A stretch of 64,000 nucleotides of DNA from NCBI RefSeq assembly GCF_033153115.1, contig NW_026889805.1, forward strand, positions 4,340,001-4,404,000, in the 5' to 3' direction. Both the position numbers and the translations under genes were made by a program. This DNA comes from Saccostrea echinata. Its lineage: Eukaryota. Shown here one piece after another: positions 54,943 through 64,000 of the stretch; position 1 is the first letter of the stretch; each line of letters begins with the position of its first letter. Below the pieces are notes generated by a model. The model saw nothing but the letters and a program-made list of their open reading frames with translations, searched no databases and was not told where the DNA came from.

Positions 54943-56503
54943 TTATAACACATTGACAACATCTAAATATTCGTTATTTGTCGATTCATGTGTTTTTGGA
55001 TCATTGATTTCGGTGGAAGAGGACTTGTCACTCTGTTCAAAATTCACAGTATCTTGATACTCCTCCAGTTTATCTGACTTGTTTGAGGAACTTCCCTCAT
55101 CTTTGTCAGTATTTAAAGAATCAGAGTTATGTATCAAAGGTTCTATAACGTCTATGTATGCATGAACTCGTCCACTTGACTCCGGTTCTAAATACTCTCC
55201 ATTATTTCCGGTTGAAGTTGAGTTTTCCTTATCAATTTCATGATAGGTTTGTTTTATTTCCTTTTCTATTTTTGAACCTATTTGTAAATACTTTGGTCGC
55301 ACTATATCGTCCATTATTCTATTGTAACGATTGTCGGGCACCTCAATCTCATTCACCATCATTTCGTCCATGTTGATTTCATGATACATTTCCGATTCAT
55401 TTCCTTCCTTAATATTTTTTAGTTCTTTTTCCTTTTTGGAATATTTTCTCTTTGAACGTTTAGAACAAAATTTCTTAATCACTGCTAAGATTATTATTAG
55501 AATTAGAAAGGCTATTACTGCTCCCATTAATAATACAATGGTGTTATTATTTGTCTCATTATTATTTGTCTCTTTCTTTGTTGGCATAGTTGGTAATACT
55601 GATGATTGCTTTATTGTTATCTCTTCAGATGAAACAGTTGTTATCCAAACCGGTATCAAAGTTGTTTTGTTTCGTTCAGACGACGTGGCAGAAGTTGACA
55701 GTTTTATTGACCTTGAGGTTTGAATTGTTGTTTCTGGAAGTAAAGAGCAGAATGGGTTCAGATATCTTCTAGATCTTTATCAATACATCTTAAAACATAC
55801 TAGTATAATTTGTTTTAATTATTAGAATGCAAATTGTCTCATAATTATATTATATAGTATTCAAAGTCTAAATGAAGTATTCAGTTGTCATGTCTATTTA
55901 AAGTTGTACTTTCTCGATAAAATAAATAATTATTAGTACCTTTAGTAACACAACCAAACACTCTGTCACAGTAATAACCAGGCAGACAGTTACACACTTT
56001 TCCACACAGTTTTCCATACTGACCCGGAGGACAAGTGTGAGTACAGTTATCACCAAAGTATCCAATCTCACAGGCTGAAAATGAAGAATAATTGTCTGAA
56101 TTCTTTATAATTCCTCAATGTTGTATCAATACAAATACTTTCCTGGATGTTTGGCAATTGAAAAAATTCAATTATTTCTTTACAATTATGAATAATTGCA
56201 CCTACTCAAGGAAAAACAATCATAATAAATCATTTGGTTTCCATTACGAAAAAAGGAATAAAATAAACATAAGTAAACGAAGAAAAATATAATTATGACT
56301 ATAATGCTAGCATCAGACTTACGCAAACAATCATTCTCATCATCACTCCAGTAATAGTTGGCGCAGCATACTTTGTCATCTAAACTAAAAATAAATAAAT
56401 AAAATTACCTTTAAATTTCAACAACTAGTATTACTGTAATATTGGAATATTAGCTGAAACATACCTACCGCAATCTGCAGGGTTCATTATTTCCAGATGA
56501 CAT
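54943..56503 (-). CDS. Gene F: single-pass EGF-like receptor with ITAM, ~340 aa. Exons 56503-56469, 56384-56323, 56074-55940, 55733-54943
   Basis: MSSGNNEPCRLRLDDKVCCANYYWSDDENDCLPCEIGYFGDNCTHTCPPGQYGKLCGKVCNCLPGYYCDRVFGCVTK-stalk-TM-tail containing DNRYNRIMDDIVRPKYLQI and ending EYLDVVNVL. Confidence 0.8.
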
Positions 56504-57511
56504 ATAATTTATCAGATTAAATCATTAGACATTTAACAGCAATGAGCTCTGAAAACTAATCATGCATTTATTTTTAGCACACGTTAAGCGGTTTTAATAT
56601 GTTGTTATTCAATATGCATGCGATAACATTTAATTATACGGTTTTGTTGAAATTGAAACTTCGTGTTTCCAAGCCCTCTAAACTGTTTATTAATTTTTTG
56701 TATGGAGAAAAGCGGAAGTTATAAAACAATTGAACAAAATAAAATGTTATTAATATTTTCCTAAATTTGGAATAGCATAAAATAATGCATTAATGATGAT
56801 GATAATAATAATAATACATGCAGCAAATAGATTAGGTCTTTTCTTCTTTTTTTCTTTTTTTTGGGGGGGGGGTGGAAAGGGGTGGGGTTGTTTGGGGTTT
56901 TTTTTCGGGGGGGGGGGGTGGTGTTTGTTTGTTTGGTTTTTTTTTTACTTATATTGATAATATAGGTATGAATAGAGCCTAATGATATCAAAATTTATCG
57001 ATTTGGTTTTATTTTTGCTTATCCATATACTTCTTTCCCTTTGAATGTGCAAACAGCACTACCAAAATACCAAAAGTAAGGTTTCATTACAATGAAAAAA
57101 ATGGTTCCATACATGCGCCAAAGTGAGATGCATGAACTATCCATTAATTCAAGAAAGCATTCTACATTTTCCTTGACGTTTTGAGTTATCCACTGGGTGG
57201 TGATGTAATGAAATACTACTCAGAACAATTCTGAATCTCTGAGGCTTTTTGTACACATCATCATTCTTTGCTTTGAATTTATGAAAATGCTACTATCTTA
57301 AATACCTTGAGTCTACACTAAATCAGTCTGAGTTGGTTCATTGGGTATCATGGAGGGATAAATGCTACAGACTAGACCAGGATTCGACCTCGGGCCTCCT
57401 AATTTCTTATCAGGCACTCTACAGAATAAGCTATCTGACCATCGGCGAACGCCTAATTCCTCCCTTTTTAAATGTCTTCAACCCCGATGACAGCAATCGA
57501 GCACAGGTACT

Positions 57512-58199
57512 TGTGGACAGGAACCCCCCCCCCCCCCCCAAATTCAACCCCGAGGTTTGTTGGACATTTCTTTCACAAATTATATTTATTACACTTATTC
57601 ATCATGTGTGCCATAGAAATAAATCGTGAAAACTCCAAAATAATCGTTCCACACAAAAATACCCCACTATACATTATAGGAGAGAAAGGACTATCACTCC
57701 GGTTTGTTTACGTTGTACCACCACTGGTCTTTCTGGGTTTAAAAACATGTATTTATTTTATTTCAACCTACAATGTCGGTACTGTCTCTACATTTATTTC
57801 TGTCTTAGTTCATGCTATCGGATTGACTCTGCATTTTGTAAGAATCCCACAATGTCTCCTTAAACAGCATTGCAGTAAGTGCGTTAAAAAACCCTTAAGT
57901 AAACGCAACGGGGGCACACCAAGAAGGTATCACTTATTACGATAACGTCCGAGAGAGTTTTGGCCTGACGTAATAATCTCTCTCGGGTGTTATCATAATA
58001 GGAAATATATTCTCTATGAACTTCCGTTGCGTTTTCCTAAAGATTTTTCAACACACTGACTGCAATGCCGTTTAAGGCGACATTGTGGAGACATCATCAC
58101 ACATAATGAATAAGTGCAATAAATATAATTTGTGACAAAATGTCCAACAAGCCCCGGGGTTGAATATCCGGGGGGGGGGGGGGGGGGGTCCTGTCCACA
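57512..58199. repeat. ~100-bp inverted repeat pair with poly-C/poly-G tracts, enclosing a palindrome at 57935-58000
   Basis: 57512-57610 is the reverse complement of 58098-58199. Confidence 0.75.
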
Positions 58200-59274
58200 T
58201 CGAGGTTTCAGGTTTCACCCGAACATGATCGCGGCACAGGAAGGAAGAACATGAAACAGGTGCATACCTATTTAATAATCTTTCCACCGGTAAACGAACC
58301 TTCACCACTGATTCTTTTTATTCATATTTTTGAATGATTATTATAATTATTTTATTTTTGTTTTTCAGCCACAATTAAAATCCAAAACCGGCAGTCTGAT
58401 TGTATGAGAACTTTTGTACAAAAGCAGACACACATATAATATTCATGTGTACACACTATGGACATAATGATATGAAAGGATTCAATATGCTATCATTTAC
58501 TGTACCTTTTTCATAATTTCCCATGCTTAAGATCATTCTTTTTTTTTTTTGGGGGGGGGGGTAGTCTTTTTATCTTTCTGAACGTAAGAGCATAGCTGTG
58601 AAATGTTTAAAGATCAAAACTATTTGAAAGAAAAAGCTTCATAAGAGCATTTGTATGTTATGATTTGTATTCCATCATCTGTCATTTATTTGTATTAAAA
58701 CAAACTATGATTTTAAATTTTAGATTTTAAACGTACAGATGTTTAAAATTAAGTCCATTCTCTTGATTATTTACTTTCAACAGACTGCAGAATATGTCTC
58801 ATTTTAAAAGTATTTTAAGAATAAAAAAGATAGAGACAGAAGATTTAAAAAAAAAAAAAAGATAAATAATGACAAAGTTCAAAGTATCAAGTTGCCTAAA
58901 ATTATCGTTAATGGAAAGAATGAAGGAGAGACAGGTTCCTCACATAACCATTTCATATTTACCCTTTGACATTCTTTCCAAAATAATTTTAAAAGCTTTT
59001 TGATAATATAAAAAGTGATAAAATGATCTGAAATTTCAAATATTTACTAGCATTTCAATGCCAAATTAGATAAAAATGCTGGACATTTTATCGTAATGAT
59101 TAAACAAAATTATTGATTTTGAAATTAAATTTTTCTTGTGGAAACATTTTCACCGCCTACGTGCGTCGTGCATTTCGAGAAAATATTTCAACCCTTTCAG
59201 CTTATTTTTTTATGCCTGCACCAATTTAAACTTTTTGGCATATATCATCTCTGGACGAAAAGAGGAACTGCGCA

Positions 59275-60773
59275 TCGTTATTAGCAGACCTTTTTTGTAT
59301 TCATATGAAGCAGAATTTGTCCAAAATCTTAAACGTGAAAAGAAGAAAACACTTGACGTGGCCTTCAACTCGACATTTAGATATATCGACGACGTATTGT
59401 CAATTAACAATGGTTAATGCCATTCTTATGTCGATACGATATATCCCGGTGAGCTTGAGATAAAAGATACCACAGAGTCTAACACATCTGTTTCATATTT
59501 GGATATTTTACTTGAAAAAGACGTTAATGGCAATCTAACAACCAAGCTTTATGATAAACGTGATGACTTTAACTTTTCAATCGTTAAGAACTGCGAACGA
59601 TAGTATTGTTCTCCCGCCTACCCCCAAGACAATTTTCAAAAGTTAACATATTTAAATGATTTTCATATTAATATAGATATTTATATAAATTTTCATAAAA
59701 CATTACTTATTTGGGAAAACAAAGAGAGATAACTCTATAATTTTGGTAAAACTTGTGTTTTTCACTATAGAAATCAATGGAAAACGGAAAATATTTTTAA
59801 AACATCTTTCTCCCACCGTGAAACAAACATTCCTTTTTACAGGTAATATGGATTGTTATTTAACAAATTCATACCAAAGCATTTTGTGTTTCAAGGGGGG
59901 GGGGGCATATGTTTACAGTCAAAAAACGACAAAAATACTCATTTTTTCACCAATTTTGAAGGGTTTACAACTTAAACGTCGTATTTTATTAATTACATAT
60001 GTTAAATTTTATATGCCTAAAACATAAGGAAAGATTCAAAGAACATTTATCCATATCCAAGAATATTTTAAAATATGCTCAAGCTTTCAAGTCTGATTTC
60101 AATTGAAAACATCGTCTACCCCCCTTATTAAAAGAGCTGGAATTAAGAGTAATTAACTGTTTAACACTGGTATTTAAATTATCAATCAATTACCATTGAA
60201 CTCTTATTTGCATTTAACAAAGGTTTTTTGGCCAAATTGCCATTAGTATTGAATAAAATGGGTGTAAAATGTAGGCGGGAATCGAGAGTTAGCGTGCGTA
60301 GTTCTTCCCTTACTTATGCAGCAATATATCTTCATCACTTGTATACCGGTTTTATATCTTTCAGTTGATTCGATACGCAAGAGCATGCTCTATGTATGTA
60401 CTATTTCTAAAACGAGGTAAATTATTGACAAACAAGCTGATGAAACAAGAATATCAGCAGTCTAGTTTATAGTCATCATTTCGTAAGTTCTATGGTCGAT
60501 ACAATGACCTTGCCAGCAAATACAATTTATCATTGAGTCAAATGCTGACTGACGTTTTTCATACTAATTGTTAGGCTATTATTTACACACTGAATTGTCG
60601 ACGGATTTTTTTCGTTATTTCCCGATCATGAAAAGGAGCACACGGCGGGTGTGACCGGTCGGCAGGATATGCTCACTCGATGTTTTGGAGGTCCGTGTTT
60701 GCTCTGCTCCTATTTTGTATTGTTTAATGGACTTTTGAGCTTGAATACTGTTCGTTATCTCCATATATTTCAT
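59275..60773 (+). mobile_element. 5'-truncated PLE copy interrupted by a TIR element
   Basis: FLYSYEAEF..FRYIDD..FNFSIV, then an insertion, then FPYLCSNI..3' tail. Confidence 0.85.
59586..60306. mobile_element. Non-autonomous TIR DNA transposon nested in the PLE
   Basis: AAGAACTGCGAACGATA..CCCGCCTAC / GTAGGCGGG..TAGCGTGCGTAGTTCTT; RT sequence resumes after it. Confidence 0.7.
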
Positions 60774-61590
60774 ATTGTGAATTTCATAGTCTCCGCTCCC
60801 CCTGGAGTCTTAGGGGTTTGCTCGAAACTATAAATCTTTATACATTATTTAAAAAATTTTCTTCAATCCCTGAAAACTAGCATCAGCACTGAGTTTATCA
60901 TTATTATGAACTGCTAATCATCTATCCAAATCGTGAAATATGTGTCCCTGGGTCTAGGTTCAGGCCCGTAGAGTGAAAATAAAGTCAACCTTTGAAAATT
61001 GTTTTTCTTATTCATGGACATCTATCAGGCAATCTGTTAACACAATTTTACAGAGGGTTCAGTCCAAGGTGTAACAGTGCTATTCATTGCTCGAGGTATT
61101 CAGATGACCCTCAAGTCGCATTGACCTCTTGTTATATTAACAGATAATTTCCTTCTCTTTGATTGTTTGGAAAAAAAATTACTTCATAATCACTATACAA
61201 TTGAGGTAAAGTATCACTCAAAGTGCCAATATGCCATGGTCTTTACATCATTCTTGCTGGTTAGATCCTTGGTTTTATAATTAATTATAATACCTGAAAT
61301 TCGGCAATACCGTTAACGTTTTCGTAAGATAAATTACTTCAATACAAATGCTTTCTACTAGTATTTTGTTAACTATCAGCGGGGAAATCGATCTCGATTT
61401 TACATAATTACAAACAAAACAATTTTAGATTATCAGGAACATGAAAAAGTGCAGCAGTGTTGAATTCAATATAGTTCCACTTCCTCTAGCATTACTGGCA
61501 TCGTTGCTACTAATTTTATAAGAATATGCTAAGTATTACTATCTGGCTTAATTTAACATAAGCAAACAATTCCAGATATCTAGCTAGAGC

Positions 61591-61771
61591 TACACAGGCA
61601 GAAGTGGCTCGCATAAACTTTATATGAAGTCACATGAATTTTATGTAAATTCTTTGCATGAGAAAGAGACGAAAAAAGAAGACACGTGAAATTTATATGA
61701 AAACTTTCATATGAATTTTACATAAAGATCATATCGCATAAATATCGTGCAAAGAAAACTTCACATGAAAT

Positions 61772-61806
<35 letters not shown>

Positions 61807-61947
61807 TGAATTTCTTAGAAACCAATTCACATGATATTCACATGAAAAAATATTTTCATTATTTGTATATAATTTTACATGATTTTCTCATAATTTTCAA
61901 ATAAAAAAAAATACATGAATATCATTTGAGCCACTTTTCCATGAGTA
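61591..61947. mobile_element. MITE with internal TTCACATGAA-like repeats
   Basis: Imperfect TIRs TACACAGGCAGAAGTGGCTC / GAGCCACTTTTCCATGAGTA. Confidence 0.55.
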
Positions 61948-61949
61948 AC

Positions 61950-62947
61950 ATTGAGTCAACGGCATCCGTTACATCAGGCCAATGTTGTCAAATGATATTG
62001 GCCCCATGCCCTTTTGTCCATCGGCCCAATGTTGGTCCGATCACGATATATTGGCCAACTCAGGCCCATTGTGAAACGTGTTTTCTTCTGATATTGGCCC
62101 AACCTTGAACCAACGTAATTGGACAAATGTTTGCGATATTGGGCCAGTGTTGTCCCAATGCTATATACACAATTGGGTAATTTCCACAAAAATATGAACA
62201 AATTATTTAACCAAATAAATTATAGTACACGATGCAGAATATGCATAGGGGTTAACAATTTGAGCTTTGTTTACATTTAAACTTAGACACAATAAACAAA
62301 CATGAAGACTGTACTTACCATGTTTACGTAAACAAAAATCTTAAATAATTTCAGGTAAATGGTACTTACATTTCTGTATTTGTTAAATGTCTGGACGTAA
62401 CTGTTCAAATCTAAAGAACAAACACTTCAAAAATAATTGTTCCTTTTCACAGTTCGTCTTTATTGTTCTTCTGTAGGAAACTGCCTGGATAAGAATGCGA
62501 GACGTATTAAATGAGTGCAGATTTGACCATCAAGTCCTACCAGAGATTTCATGTATGATTACCATTGAAACTGGCCAGTTTCACGCTGTGAAAACCATAG
62601 CTGTCCTTGTTTGATTGGTCAGAAAATGTGCTTTTTTCTTAGACTATGCTTCCTTAATTTAACACTTAATTATGAAGAATTATGTAATGGTAGTCTTTTA
62701 AATTGGTATGCTTGTTTTATGTCTGCTTTTATTCTTTGATATACAAATTTAATTTTAATTTATACATAATTGAATATGAAAGGTTTTTCTATGTGTGTTC
62801 CCAACACGATTTGATTCATAACAGCATTCGAAGATTTATACGCACAATCTATTTCAAATAAGTTAATCTGATGCATCTTCTACATCATACAGGTATATCA
62901 AGAACCCTCGATATGTGTCACATTTAAACATGATTTTATGAATAAGT

Positions 62948-63007
<60 letters not shown>

Positions 63008-63718
63008 TCCGATTTTATAACGAACCTTCCATGTGTTCCCTGAAATTATGCCATCACCATAATGTTGGGTCAATGTTGTCTGACAAACAAACCGCATCAA
63101 AATATAGATGCAACTCTCCCAACGAACTCCGTCACCTTAAATTAGATATCACATTTTTACAACGTTGGGCCAATGTTCTGTTCCCAACTAACCTTGTCTC
63201 CTGAGTAAGAGGGTGTTACAATATGTTTGTTGACAATGACCCAGTATCAGGCCAATTTAGTATACCCAACGTCAGCCATCGGCCAATGGTCCAACCATTA
63301 GCCAACGTAGTCTTGCTATATGTGTAAACCAGAAAGCAAATCAGCACAAATGTCACCAAAAAAACCCTGTGAGCCATATTAATGATCAATTAAGTGTCCT
63401 CTGTATATGATTATCATAAAGTTTTGTAAAAGTGATGTTTTATACTAATGTGTGAAACATGATTACTTTGATTAAAATATAGACGAAATTCACTGACGCT
63501 GACCAAACGTTGTACTCCCAACGAACTTTGTCACTTTAGATTAGAGGTCGCAATTTTACAACGTTGGGTCAAGCAACTAAACTTGTCTCCTGTGTTAGAG
63601 GGTGTTAAAATATGCATGTTGACAATGATCCAGTGTCGGGCCAGCGTAGTATACCCAATGTCAGCCATCGGCCATCGGTCTAACCATTAGCCAACGTATA
63701 AGTAGTCATGCTATCAGT
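61950..63718. mobile_element. Degenerate non-autonomous DNA transposon rich in TTGGCCCAA/ACGTTGGG motifs, with a duplicated end (63110-63325 vs 63515-63718) and a (CT)n tract at 62952-63003
   Basis: Subterminal motif clusters and a ~200-bp direct repeat. Confidence 0.45.
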
Positions 63719-63814
63719 GATGTATCTTTACTTGGTCCAAAAATATTCTTCGTAATTATTTGACAATTTGAGGCCTAGTTTGGAAAGGGTTTTTAAACTC
63801 CTTATAATAAACGA

Positions 63815-64000
63815 AATATGAAGATAACGAACAACAATCAAGATCAAAAGTCCAATGAAACCTTACAGATTGGGAGCAAAGCAAACAAGGACCTCTAAAA
63901 CATCAGAAGTGGGATCGTGTGCAGTGAAGGAATAAGCATCCCCTATGAACCGGACACATCCGCTGTGTGCTCCTTGTCATGATCGGGCAAACGGAAAAAT
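63815..64000 (-). mobile_element. PLE 3' tail running off the window
   Basis: Reverse complement matches the conserved tail. Confidence 0.8.

Overview
AT-rich, intron-containing animal DNA, most likely a bivalve (oyster-like; inferred from the repeat types), with three assembly gaps. The left end holds a divergent CHMP4/SNF7 (ESCRT-III) gene on the minus strand that runs off the window. From about 14.8 to 56.5 kb lies a tandem, minus-strand cluster of at least seven related genes or gene fragments (here called A, B, B', C, D, E, F) that the ORF track splits up. They encode small receptors: a CCxNY-type Cys module, one MEGF10/CED-1-like EGF exon, a Ser/Thr stalk, one transmembrane helix and a Tyr-motif tail. 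E and F carry a consensus ITAM. A lacks it but has an ITIM-like motif, B has a very short tail, and C has no TM. This resembles a paired activating/inhibitory/decoy immune-receptor locus evolving by birth and death. The rest is mobile DNA: many 5'-truncated Penelope-like RT copies (Naiad-like) with a conserved structured 3' end, five tRNA-derived SINEs, hairpin/TIR MITEs, Helentron-like remnants and a 36-bp satellite within a large inverted duplication. Exon boundaries were read by eye from GT-AG and phase; none has expression support.
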